A stretch of DNA of 64,000 nucleotides from Octopus bimaculoides (GCF_001194135.2 NC_068982.1:8604839-8668838), one strand, 5' to 3'; counted from the stretch's first letter, positions 25,576 to 37,182 are shown. Translations and numbers: made by a program. The notes: a model not told the origin generated them from the letters alone.

Positions 25576-26841
25576 TATGTCACAATACAAATACATTGTT
25601 ATTAAATAATACGCGAAGATATAGAAATGATATATTAACTATGCTACGTTCATCACTCCTTTCAATGGATTTCATTTTCAAATTGCTTGTCGTCAAATGA
25701 ACATCTTCCCCACGTTAGAGTGTTGAAGGTGCGGAGTTTGTCGAAAGGGACCCGAGTGTTTCGGTACGATTGCACGTTGTCAATAACATGAAACAACCTT
25801 ACAAATTATATATTTCATACGAAATATTACACACACACAAGCACATACACATATATGTGTGCCTGTGTGTGTGAACGTGTATGTGTGGTGTATGTGTGTG
25901 CATATCCGCATAACAGCATATTCACATTCGTATGTAGTGATTCATCCTCATCTGTAATTATATACATCTTTAGCCGCAGCTAATGTTACTTCAGAACTTC
26001 CCATTCGCATATTCAAAGCCAATTTTTATACCACTTGGTCTGCATTAAATAAAACTTGATGCAAAAATGCTCGGCAGAGGATGACGTGAAAGAATTAGGG
26101 AGAGAGAGAAAGAGAGAAGGAGAGAGACATTGAAATAAAGAGAAAGTGTGACACAGAAAGAGAAAGAGACAGGGAGTGAAAAGAAAATCGATTAATATTT
26201 AGATGAAATAAGGAATAATCAAACACGTTAAATACTGTCATCACAATCAAGCCCAAACGATCAAGGGAAAGTAAGTCCTTTATGAAATGATTAAACATGT
26301 AATAAATAAATATAACGAGGAAATAACATTCTTTGATTGCATTAAAATACAAACAATACTCCTGTACACACCCACTTGAAAATGCGCATAAACTGAGACG
26401 TGTGTGTGTGTGTGCGTGTATTTGTGTGAGTGTAAATGTTTTAGGTCATGTATATATATTTTTAATCTTTATATAATCAATTTACTCTTCAAAAAAATAT
26501 ATAAATAAATAAGGAAGTGGAGAATTACTTCTCCTGCTTCTAATAATGACAGTCACAGTATACCTCACCTAAAATTAATTTCTTTTCCGATTCATTCGTA
26601 AAAAAATCGCTTCTGCTACTAATATGAAATGTCAACGAATTATGAAATCATAATATTGTCACAAAGAACTTAGTTGTGATTAGCATAAGCGAAACCGGTC
26701 GTATATGTAAATATCTTATTTCATATACATGTGTATGTGTTTGTCTGCGCGCATATGTACTTTTTTCCAACACAAACTTTCTGTGCCCTTTCCATGTTTT
26801 CATATCTTGTATTACAATTCACCCAGTAGAATTATTTTTCG

Positions 26842-26884
<43 letters not shown>

Positions 26885-27268
26885 CATTGGAAAATATAAG
26901 GACACAAATAGTGTGTCGTATAGCCAGCTAGAAGTGATCTTTCTTGGGGCTAAAACAGCAGTTACATCGTCCCTTTCGGGACAGCCACATTATGTTGATA
27001 AATAACCTTTAAAGAAATGTTACTGAATATCTTTTTTCGAGAGATTTAGAAATAATAATATTTATTTACACACACACACATATATACACACACACACATA
27101 CACACACACACACACATACACACGCGCGCGCGCATGCATATAGTTTAATGTCCCGTTAACGTAGGCACACAAAAATTACTCCATCCAGTGAGAAATAAAT
27201 ATCATTAAGCGTCCATAGTTCTAAAACAAAAGATACTAGTAGTTCCTTGCTATACATACATAAATAAC

Positions 27269-27620
27269 CGCAGGCGTGGCTGTGTGGTAAGAAGCTTCCT
27301 TCCGGTTTATGGTTATTCAGTTGCATTGTTGGATTTGTCTGAGATAAACGTGTTTTTTAACTGTGCGTGTTTCATTTCATCTTTCATTGTATAATTTCAT
27401 TCATTCTATTCGGGTTTTTTTGTCCCCATCTTGTACTGTCCCCTCTATGTAAGGCCCTTATGGCCAATTTTCACGAAATAAAGGAGCTTGCTTCCCAACC
27501 ACTTAGTTACGGGTTCAGTCCCACTGCATGGCACCTTCGGCAGGTGTTTTCTACTATAGCTTTGGGCCTACCAAAGCCTGCTGGGTGAATTTGTTAGATG
27601 GAAACTGGAAGAAGTCCGTC
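27269..27620 (+). mobile_element. SINE family C 5' half interrupted by a ~180-bp insert (27304-27484)
   Basis: Head caggcgtggctgtgtggtaagaagc resumes at gagcttgcttcccaaccac; 11-bp near-duplication agcttccttcc (27293-27303) / agcttgcttcc (27485-27495) brackets the insert. Confidence 0.7.
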
Positions 27621-28559
27621 TTACACATCCACACGCACATGTAAGTATGTACAAAGTATATAATGTTATTTATATAATTATAATATTATAATAAGGGCAA
27701 CTACCAAGTAATGCCACATGCTAGAAGAAGTTGCCATTATTATAATTTTATAATTATATGTATAAAATTATAAACTTTATATTAATTTTTACCTTAATTG
27801 ATTTTTAGATGCTAGCTACTTGATATAATCTTATATAGGTTTTAACTGTGATTATAATTGATACGTATGTATGTATATATTTATGAGTGTGTGGCTGTGT
27901 TTGTCTCCCCGCCATCACTTGACAACTGGTGCTGGTGTGTTTATGTCCCCATACATATATACTCGTAATTGTGTCCACACAGTGGTGCGTGGGAGTATGT
28001 ATCTCTTTATGGCTTGGCATACATTCATACACTCTTTATATGTATGTATACCAGCTTCACTAGACTTTTGTTTTTAAGTATGTACTATCTGCTATCATAA
28101 ATTGTGTATTGAAATGTGTAGCTTTATTACTTTTGTTAATTCGTTTTGGTCGTTCTGTTTCTTGTTATTTTTTTTTGTATTCTAGTCTAGTAGATTCTGC
28201 CTTCGGGATTTGTTTCGCTTCTGTACATTGTCTACGCATAAAGTCGTACGGATGTGTTGAGCGGCTGATCATCATGGTTTATTTATCAATGCAGCTTCCT
28301 ATCTTGTGTGCCGTTTGCAAATAATAGTTGCATTTTTACATCGTCAATCAGTGTTGCTTTCACGGTATACTTCATTTCTGTTTTTAGAATCTACATGTGG
28401 GTTTGTTTTACAGTCATTGCAGGGACTTTTTCATGAAAGTCTATCTTACACTAGTTAACGGTATACTAGACCTGCCTGGTTTCTACACAGCTGAAATTGA
28501 ATGCTTATGTTGATTAAAGCATTCCTAAATCTGTAAGTTAGTTTGTATGCAAGTGTTGT

Positions 28560-29830
28560 ATCAACAAACATTACTCTTTGAAGTATGAAATAAAATTATG
28601 CTTTACCTAATTACACATTTCTTCTAACCTGCTCCGGGACTTGCCTCATTACATGGGACATATGCCATTGATTCTATTGACGGCGGAAAAAGTTTCCTCG
28701 GAACCTTTCTATCACCAAACTTGACGATCTTAGTTATATCCGCAGAATCAGTTTACTTGTGAAATCTGGTAAATATTTTTGTAATTAAGATGGTTGACAC
28801 ACATGATGCACTTGCAAACCTCGCAATAAGTTCGTTATCAATATGCTTATTTGAATGCTTGCCGATACATATAAGGCCCCGTGTAGGTGGACCATAGCTT
28901 TCTGATAATGGGGAAAGATTTGTGTTTTATTATTTATTATTATGATTTGTAGTCAGTCTATTGTGAGGCCTCTATTTTGGGGAGTGTGGAGAAACAGTCT
29001 ATTCTCCATTGTAATACTCTGGTGGATGATGTCAGATATTTGCTGGATCTTTTTCATATGTGCTCTTTTGTAACTATGGGACAACATTTTGATTGATTGC
29101 ATTTAACATTATAGCTATGTCGTCTATGTATCTGAATGTGCATTATCATAGCAGATATTTCATTTTTTGTTTCTGTTAGCAGTTGTTAAAAATCTTATTC
29201 CACTATACCATAAAGACACTGACTACACGATATAAGCATTACTATTAGCGATGTTTACTTCCTTTTCATAAAAGTACAGCCTAATATTGTATTCATATAT
29301 ATGTGACCTTTCATCGATCTTATGTTAGCATTGATATTGTGTGCCATCATGATCTCAGTTGATAGGGTTGTTTCTTACATTCCAATATTCAATGGAAATT
29401 CATTTTGCCGCTATGCCAAAGTGAATGGACAGTCACATTCATATCTGCAGAATAGATTCACTTAAAACCTTATTTATGTAAATACTCATTGCTATGCAGC
29501 ATATTTTGGAATAATCCTAGTTTGTAGATATCAACATAGCAAAAGAATAAGCAAAAAAAAAAAAAAAAACACCAATTTTGTAAATCATCTCTATGCATTT
29601 CTTTATAGCAAAATGAAGATCGATAGACGGCAATAAAAATACTACATCCAAGGTAACAATTATCTTAACTGTAAGGTCGTAAGAGTGGATGCACTCATAG
29701 ATCTTGCTGAAAACATTTCTCTGGAGATGTGGGATCTGCAAATCCACGAAATTGGAGATCTTCCAACAAAATCCTTGCTAGGTTTATGAGCCTTTCTAAA
29801 TCTAGATAATGCAGGTACGGCATTGTTAAT
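28560..29830 (-). mobile_element. Penelope-like element reverse transcriptase remnant
   Basis: Minus strand gives VTLDVVFLLPSID..AI (ORF 29517-29747) and FRYIDDIAI (FRYIDD at 29119-29136), motifs characteristic of PLE RT. Many stops and frameshifts. Confidence 0.7.
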
Positions 29831-29968
29831 GATTTAGAATCCATTTTCATTATATTTTTTCGTTTCATGAATGCTAAACCACGTCACCATATCGGCACTG
29901 AGGAGCTTTCAAGTAATGTTTTCTTCTTGTATATTATTTACATTATTTACGCTACGCCATATGCGTGT

Positions 29969-30246
29969 GGGCATATAGCGTAGTGGTTAAGAACGTGGGC
30001 TACTAACCCTAAGATTCCGAATTCAATTCCAGGCAGTGATATGAATAATAATAATAATAATAATAACAACAACAACAACAATAACATCCAAAAATACCTT
30101 AGGAATGAGAAGCCAGGTTCGAAATTTCCCCAAGACACCTAATGAAGGCTGGAGGGTATATCAGCTGAAACGTTGTGTTAACAACAAACAAGATGAGGAC
30201 AAATATCCGTCAAATGTAAATTCCTCGTCTCTTAAATATAGAACTG
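29969..30246 (+). mobile_element. tRNA-Arg-like SINE (family D) carrying a minimal hammerhead motif, copy 1
   Basis: Head GGGCATATAGCGTAGTGGTTAA..CTACTAA..AAGATTCCGAATTCAATTCCAGGCAG aligns to eukaryotic tRNA-Arg(ACG); (AAT)/(AAC) linker; hammerhead motif; 3' end tctcttaaatatagaactg shared with copy 2. Confidence 0.85.
30134..30179 (+). ncRNA. Minimal type-I hammerhead ribozyme motif, G5A variant (probably inactive)
   Basis: gacac-CTAATGA-a-GGCTG-gagggtatat-CAGCT-GAAAC-GTT-gtgtt: stem I, stem II and palindromic AACGTT in place of helix III. Confidence 0.7.
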
Positions 30247-30389
30247 TTTTCTTTTGTTGTAAAGTTTTTCATGTCATTGGAGTTTGTCTGATAATTTGGA
30301 CATGATTTTATTAAACGCGTTCGTAAGGAAGTACGCTACTGGCAACTAAACTACAGTTTAGGCTTTGACAGAATGGTTCATACTGCGCA

Positions 30390-30590
30390 GATCCAAGCAA
30401 ATGTGCGTAACATTCACGCAGCTTTTTGATCAACTCTTCAGCGAAAACGACGGGTCACAGAAACTAATGAACTTTAGTACCAAACTCGACGGCTTGTCGC
30501 GACTCTCACAAGGACAGGTTAGACTTTGGGTAAGGCCAATAACAACAACTGAGATGCGAGATGTATTGAGTGTTTGCCACAATCACACAT
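30390..30590 (+). mobile_element. Tx1/L1-like ORF2 endonuclease-RT linker fragment
   Basis: QMCVTFTQLFDQLFSENDG..LDGLSRLSQGQ..RPITTTEMRDVLSVC parallels MCAAFQQHFAQQFSE..LDLLPRLS..ITAAKIREAMSNC at 58359-58661. Confidence 0.65.
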
Positions 30591-31089
30591 CTTTTCACAA
30601 TTTCACTGAGATGTGGGACTTTAATATCCCCACCTTCACTTTTTTTCCTAGTAGAACTTTAAAAATCGTGCAATCTTTAAAATGGTATGCAATCTTTCAA
30701 AATGTCGGGCAATCTCGTTATCATCAGCATCATCAGCATCTTATTGTTGTTGTTGTTGCTGTTTATGGCAAAGGCTAGACGCATCCCGAGCGCTCTGTGA
30801 TTTATCCAATTTTTTTCATTGTCATAATTCTATTTTTGTTTCCCTTCTGCTTTATAGCGTGTCATTAATTACAGCAGACCACAGGGGTTAATAACAGCAG
30901 ACCATAGGGGTCATGCGCCCTAATGGGCGAATTTTTGAATAGAATGTGTTTTCTTATCGGAATAGTGTTAAAAAATTGAATATGGTGGAGACTTCGCCAA
31001 ACGGAGAAGAGAGGAAGGTGGGAGGTAATTTTGAAAGCGAAGTTGGTTTTTGGAGTCGATTTTCAATAAACATGGAAAGTGGTAATAGC

Positions 31090-31200
31090 AGTAGAAAAAC
31101 CACCACCAGCACCACCACCACTACCATCACCACCATCACCACTTCCACACCAGCAGCATCACCACCTCAACACCAGCAGCAGCAGTACCACTACCAGCAG
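31090..31200. repeat. (CAC)n/(CAG)n compound microsatellite
   Basis: Directly visible; produces the Thr/Pro/Gln-rich ORFs. Confidence 0.9.
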
Positions 31201-31251
31201 AGTCGGGCATTCAGAAAAAAATATAATCTGTCGAAAGACAATTTATGAAAT

Positions 31252-31412
31252 GCAGTGGCTGTGGGGTAAAAAGCTTGCTTCCCAGCCACACGGTACCGGG
31301 TTCAGTCCCACTGAAAATGGAACTGAACCCAGAAAGTGTATTCTGCTACAGCCTTGGACCGACCAAAACCTTGTGAGTGGATATGGTAGACGGAAACTGA
31401 AAGAAGCCCATC

Positions 31413-31444
<32 letters not shown>

Positions 31445-31901
31445 NNNNNNNNNNNNNNNNNNNNNNNNNNNNNNNNNNNNNNNNNNNNNNNNNNNNNNNN
31501 NNNNNNNNNNNNNNNNNNNNNNNNNNNNNNNNNNNNNNNNNNNNNNNNNNNNNNNNNNNNNNNNNNNNNNNNNNNNNNNNNNNNNNNNNNNNNNNNNNNN
31601 NNNNNNNNNNNNNNNNNNNNNNNNNNNNNNNNNNNNNNNNNNNNNNNNNNNNNNNNNNNNNNNNNNNNNNNNNNNNNNNNNNNNNNNNNNNNNNNNNNNN
31701 NNNNNNNNNNNNNNNNNNNNNNNNNNNNNNNNNNNNNNNNNNNNNNNNNNNNNNNNNNNNNNNNNNNNNNNNNNNNNNNNNNNNNNNNNNNNNNNNNNNN
31801 NNNNNNNNNNNNNNNNNNNNNNNNNNNNNNNNNNNNNNNNNNNNNNNNNNNNNNNNNNNNNNNNNNNNNNNNNNNNNNNNNNNNNNNNNNNNNNNNNNNN
31901 N

Positions 31902-31969
<68 letters not shown>

Positions 31970-32125
31970 ATATATATATACATATATATATGTGCGTGTT
32001 TGTGTGTGTGTATTTGTTATTTGTGGCTGTGTTTGTCCCCCTATCATCGCTTGACAACTGATGTCGGTGTGTTTACGCTCTCGAAAATAGCAGTTCGGCA
32101 AAAGATGTCGATAGAATAGGTACTA
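31252..32125 (+). mobile_element. SINE family C spanning an N-gap in its internal microsatellite
   Basis: 5' half gtggctgtggggtaaaaagcttgc..gaagcccatcg before the gap; 3' half ctgtgtttgtcccc..cggcaaaaga after it. Confidence 0.8.
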
Positions 32126-32386
32126 ATATGTGTGTGTGAGTTTGTGTGTGTATGTGTCCTAAAAAAAAAGATGAAAGAAGTGTAATTATTAACACTCCTG
32201 AAGCCATTGTACTGGACACATTGACTGAGAAGGACAATAAGTTATAAAACAATAGGAGTTAAAACTCGTAGATTAGAACGGGCAACACAGCAGCAAATCG
32301 AGAAATGCTTTATGTCCAGTAAAAGACACTCAAACGCACGTTGCAAGGGGGAAGAAATATGGCATTGTAGTAGTAGTACTACTATC

Positions 32387-32748
32387 AAGGCAGCCAGCTG
32401 ATAGAATCGTTTGCACGCCGGACAAAATGCTTTGTGACATTTCATCCGACTTTACCTTCTCCGTTCAAGTCCTGCCGAGGTCAAATTTGCCTTTTATTCT
32501 CTCAGGACCGAACATTGCGGGAGTTGAGGTCGATGTAATCGACCTAATTTCAGATCTTGTGCCAATTGTAGAATACTTAGCGGTATTTCGCCCGTTGCTA
32601 CGTTCTGAGTTTAAATTCCACAGAGCTCGACTGTAGCTTTCTTCCTTTCGGAGTTGATAAATTAAGTACCAGTCAAGTGCTGGGGTCGATATGATCGAAT
32701 ATCTCCCTCCCCACCAAAATTTCTGGACTTGTGCCTATAGTAGAAAGA

Positions 32749-32837
<89 letters not shown>

Positions 32838-32872
32838 GGTTGTGAGCTGGCACAATCGTTAGCACGCTGGAC
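32387..32872 (+). mobile_element. Head-to-tail chain of family A SINE copies joined by (ATT)n
   Basis: Copies at ~32387-32575 and ~32580-32750, (ATT)n at ~32748-32835, then a new head aaggttgtgagctggcacaatcgttagcac running into the gap. Confidence 0.8.
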
Positions 32873-33544
32873 NNNNNNNNNNNNNNNNNNNNNNNNNNNN
32901 NNNNNNNNNNNNNNNNNNNNNNNNNNNNNNNNNNNNNNNNNNNNNNNNNNNNNNNNNNNNNNNNNNNNNNNNNNNNNNNNNNNNNNNNNNNNNNNNNNNN
33001 NNNNNNNNNNNNNNNNNNNNNNNNNNNNNNNNNNNNNNNNNAAAAAAAAAAAAAAAAAAAAGAAAAGAAAAAATGCCAGACCTTGTGCCGATAGAAGAAA
33101 GGATTATTATTCCAGCTAAGTTTTGTGAAAATTTATGAACAGGTACTTCTGTGGCCTGTTCTTTGTGCTATTTGCTTCTGTGGTGCTGAGAGTTTTTCAA
33201 TTCTGTTTTTCTCTTTTTGCTATTCTCTGTTCGTGTCTGTGTCGAAATTATGAGTAGTGAGCTGTCAGACTTACCAATTCCGTTGATGTTATCAAGAAGA
33301 TCTTGTTGCCGTTTCTCTGTCTTGCTATTGCCATTTTTGTTTTTATGTTTTTACTTTGTTATTGAATATCGGTTACAGATGTAGTTTATGTTTAATTATT
33401 CTTCCTGGATAATGCCCAGGAATGTTGCGTTCTTTAGTAAGATGAGGCTGATTTTTATTTCATTGTATTACGATACATTTTCTTTTATGGTTTTTGATGT
33501 TTGAAAATCTTTATGAATTCTCTTTCTTAATAAATACGGGTGCT

Positions 33545-33890
33545 CTTTGGGCAAAGTGCTTAGCGGAATTTTGGCTCTTTTTTACGTTGTCCGTCTTCAC
33601 GTCTATCTTATAATCCCCTTAACTTTCTGGCCTTGTGCCAAAATTTGAAACCAACACACATATGTGCTTTAAGGAAGTGAGCTTGCGTTACCATCCCAGG
33701 AAAAATACTTAGCGATATTTCGGTAATGTTACATTCTGAGTTCAAGTTTCGCCAAGTAGTTGTTTGCCTTTTAATAGTTTCATGATGGATAAGATAAGGA
33801 CCAGTCGAGCACTGGTGTCAATGTAATTGACTTATCCCCTCCCCTGAAATTGCTGGTCTTTTGCCAAAATATGAAATCAATATGTACGTG
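33545..33890 (+). mobile_element. Two degraded family A SINE copies
   Basis: aaagtgcttagcgg..cttgtgccaaaatttgaaacc followed by atacttagcgatatttcg..gagttcaag..aaatatgaaatc. Confidence 0.7.
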
Positions 33891-34016
33891 TGTTTTGATT
33901 ATTATCTTGGTGTTCTCTAAAGCAGTGCTGCTCAAAGTGGTAGTCCACGCACCGGTGTCGGTCCCCGAGCCATCAGCTACCGGTAAGAGGGAAAGTTTCA
34001 AGCTGTTTTAATGCTA

Positions 34017-34306
34017 CAGTTCTATATTTAAGAGATGAGGAATTATGTAGATTCTTTACATTATTTACGTTTGACGAAAATGACATTTGTCCTCATCTTG
34101 TTTGTTGTTGACACAATATTTCGGCTGATATACCCACCAACCTTCATCAGGTGTCTTGGGGAAATTTCGAACCTGGGCTCCCATTCCTATGGTGTTTTTC
34201 GATGTTATTATTATTATTATTATTATTATTCAGGTCACTGCTTGGAGTCGAACTCAGAATCTTGGGGTTAGGAGCCCGCACTCTTGAATAACTATGCCAT
34301 ATGCCC
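34017..34306 (-). mobile_element. tRNA-Arg-like SINE (family D) carrying a minimal hammerhead motif, copy 2
   Basis: Reverse complement: GGGCATATGGCATAG..AAGATTCTGAGTTCGACTCC..(AAT)n..ccaggttcgaaatttccccaagacac-HHR-..tctcttaaatatagaactg, collinear with 29969-30246. Confidence 0.85.
34110..34155 (-). ncRNA. Minimal type-I hammerhead ribozyme motif with intact catalytic core
   Basis: gacac-CTGATGA-a-GGTTG-gtgggtatat-CAGCC-GAAAT-ATT-gtgtc: canonical CUGAUGA and GAAA, 5-bp stem I, 5-bp stem II, palindromic AATATT, predicted cleavage triplet AUU. Confidence 0.75.
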
Positions 34307-34358
34307 GTGGGCAATTATGAAGTGAATTTTAGGGCTAATAAATCTAATATTTTCCTAT

Positions 34359-34403
<45 letters not shown>

Positions 34404-34411
34404 TATATATA

Positions 34412-34445
<34 letters not shown>

Positions 34446-35952
34446 CATATATACATATATATATATATACATNNNNNNNNNNNNNNNNNNNNNNNNNNNN
34501 NNNNNNNNNNNNNNNNNNNNNNNNNNNNNNNNNNNNNNNNNNNNNNNNNNNNNNNNNNNNNNNNNNNNNNNNNNNNNNNNNNNNNNNNNNNNNNNNNNNN
34601 NNNNNNNNNNNNNNNNNNNNNNNNNNNNNNNNNNNNNNNNNNNNNNNNNNNNNNNNNNNNNNNNNNNNNNNNNNNNNNNNNNNNNNNNNNNNNNNNNNNN
34701 NNNNNNNNNNNNNNNNNNNNNNNNNNNNNNNNNNNNNNNNNNNNNNNNNNNNNNNNNNNNNNNNNNNNNNNNNNNNNNNNNNNNNNNNNNNNNNNNNNNN
34801 NNNNNNNNNNNNNNNNNNNNNNNNNNNNNNNNNNNNNNNNNNNNNNNNNNNNNNNNNNNNNNNNNNNNNNNNNNNNNNNNNNNNNNNNNNNNNNNNNNNN
34901 NNNNNNNNNNNNNNNNNNNNNNNNNNNNNNNNNNNNNNNNNNNNNNNNNNNNNNNNNNNNNNNNNNNNNNNNNNNNNNNNNNNNNNNNNNNNNNNNNNNN
35001 NNNNNNNNNNNNNNNNNNNNNNNNNNNNNNNNNNNNNNNNNNNNNNNNNNNNNNNNNNNNNNNNNNNNNNNNNNNNNNNNNNNNNNNTATATATATATAT
35101 ATATATATGTATGTATATATACACATACATGTTACGTAATGACTGCGTTGAAATGCAATTAAAATAAAGTGGAAATGTTTAACAATGTAGAAAGAAATAA
35201 GCTGAGACCCAACACTTTACTAATGATATTTCTGCTCGGTGCACAACACTTTAGACTAATACTTTGCGAGTGTAGAGCCAGTGAAATCAAATTCCCATTT
35301 AGATAATTGTATCACATATAGGAGCTTCCAGAAAGGCTCTACACATTTTAAATTAAATAGAAGACAATCAAAGAATTAGATGAAACAACACCCATTAATT
35401 TTTAGAAACTTTTATATATCTGTAAAAATGTTTCAGATGATAAACGTATCTTCTCGGTGATATTCTGAAACTAGTTCAGTCTTTTAACTCAAGAAATAAA
35501 CAGGATAAAATTTTCCTCAGTTTAACAATCGGAGAATGATTAACATACCCCAAAATACGGCTTTTCGAAATCCGTCATTAGCAGCAGTTTTTATTATTCG
35601 TAACATATTCATCTTTTGCTACTGCGGAAAGGTAGTTATGTTTCTTCATACGCAGTGGTTAAACGGATTTACGTGCTCAGGGTTTCTTTCTTAAAGCTAT
35701 GTGCTGTCAGAACTACGGTGGCCTGAGAGATTTTTCGCTTGTCAAATTCTATTTATCACAATACACCATCCACATACTGAAGAATCATCATCTGTTGAGA
35801 AGGTATTAGCTAACTTCGGTACAACTATCGTGGTGTTACTGAATATGTTTGTAGTACAGTTGTATGTCATTCATTGTGTTCTTGTTAAAAATCTCAGTAG
35901 AGATATGCACCTCAATATCTAGCGAAAGAAGTTTTTCACAATATTTGATTAT

Positions 35953-36105
35953 AGGCGCAGGCATGGCACTGTAGTAAGAAGCCTTTTTCTCGAGTTCAAT
36001 CTCACCGCGTGGCACCTTGAGCACGTGTTTTCTACTACAACCTCGAGCCGACCAAATCTTTGTGAGTGGATTTGGTAGAAGGAAACTGAAAGAAGCTCGT
36101 CGTGT
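35953..36105 (+). mobile_element. SINE family C, 5' half
   Basis: aggcgcaggcatggcactgtagtaag..ggaaactgaaagaagctcgtcg followed by (TA)n. Confidence 0.8.
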
Positions 36106-36130
36106 ATATATATATATATATATATGTCTG

Positions 36131-37182
36131 AGAATGAGATAAAAAAAACCACGGCTGTGAAGATTTTAGAACATTTATAAGTAGAAGGTCTTACAGCTGT
36201 TTCCAGGATATTTATTATATCCCTTCATCGGAGACGGTGTGAGAAAATGGTTAAGCAAGAGTTAATTTAGATAAGATACGAAATAAAGAGTGAAGTGGAA
36301 GAATGAAAATAGATGTGAGATTTGCAGGGATATTGCATTCGTAGATCCATTGTTTAGGCAGAATGGTGTACATATAAGATTCCAATACCTTGTGAGTAAA
36401 TTCCAGTAATATTTAAAACTGGTCATTCCAAGTATAGAGTTTGTACACAGAGCTATTGAATCGAGGGTTTTATTTAAAGTGCCCTAGTAGTAGGGAATGT
36501 ATTTGTAAGGTCAAATCGAAAACAGGAAGAGAGGAATAAAGGAAAGAAAGAAAAAAGGACGAAAGAAAAACAAGGAGAGAGATAATAAAGAGATGAAGAC
36601 AGGGAAAGTGTACCAGTTAGTGGTCAGCGAAGATAACTTGAAAGTAGGAATGGAGAGGTGACGGTCATAGAGAGAAAGATAACGTGTAAGAAGATGATAG
36701 GGCTAAGGGTAAAGGAGTGTCAGATATTATTATCTCTCTCCTTGTCTATCTTTCTTCCTTTTTCTTTCTTTTCTTTATTCCTCTCTTCCTGTTTTCGAAT
36801 TGACCTTACACATACATTCCATACTTTTAGGTCACTTTAAATAAAACCCTCGATTCAGTAACACTGTGTACAAACTCTATACTTGGAATGACCAATTTTA
36901 AATGCTATCGGAATTTACTCACAGGTATTGGAATCTTATATGTATACCATTCTGCCTAAATAATGGATCTACAAATGCAATATCCCTGCATATCTCACAT
37001 CTATTTTCATTCTTCCACTTCACTCTCTATTTCTTATCTTATCTAAATTAACTCTTGCTTAACCATATTCTCACATCGTCTCCGATGAAGGGATATAATA
37101 AATATCCTGGAAACATCTGTAAGACCTTCTATTTATAAATCTTCTAAAATCTTCACAGCCTTCGTTTTTTTCTTCTCATTCT
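36131..37182. repeat. ~1.05-kb fold-back: inverted arms ~36131-36588 and ~36727-37182 with a ~138-bp spacer (PLE-LTR-like)
   Basis: The right arm is the reverse complement of the left arm over ~450 bp with scattered mismatches; each arm contains a hammerhead-like motif. Confidence 0.9.
36188..36235 (-). ncRNA. Hammerhead-like motif, U4C core variant
   Basis: gtct-CCGATGA-a-GGGATAT-aataa-ATATCCT-g-GAAACAGCTGTA-agac; palindromic ACAGCTGT helix III and GUA triplet. Mirror copy at 37078-37125 (+). Confidence 0.6.

Noticed and set aside
29969-30040. tRNA-like sequence (also other SINE heads) as a tRNA gene
   Set aside because: Acceptor and T stems do not pair and the sequence continues into a repeat body; it is a SINE head.
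30946-31248. 100-aa ORF MFSYRNSVKK..TTTSTTTT..QHQQQQ
   Set aside because: The low-complexity half is a (CAC)/(CAG) microsatellite; the remainder has no recognisable domain or splice support.
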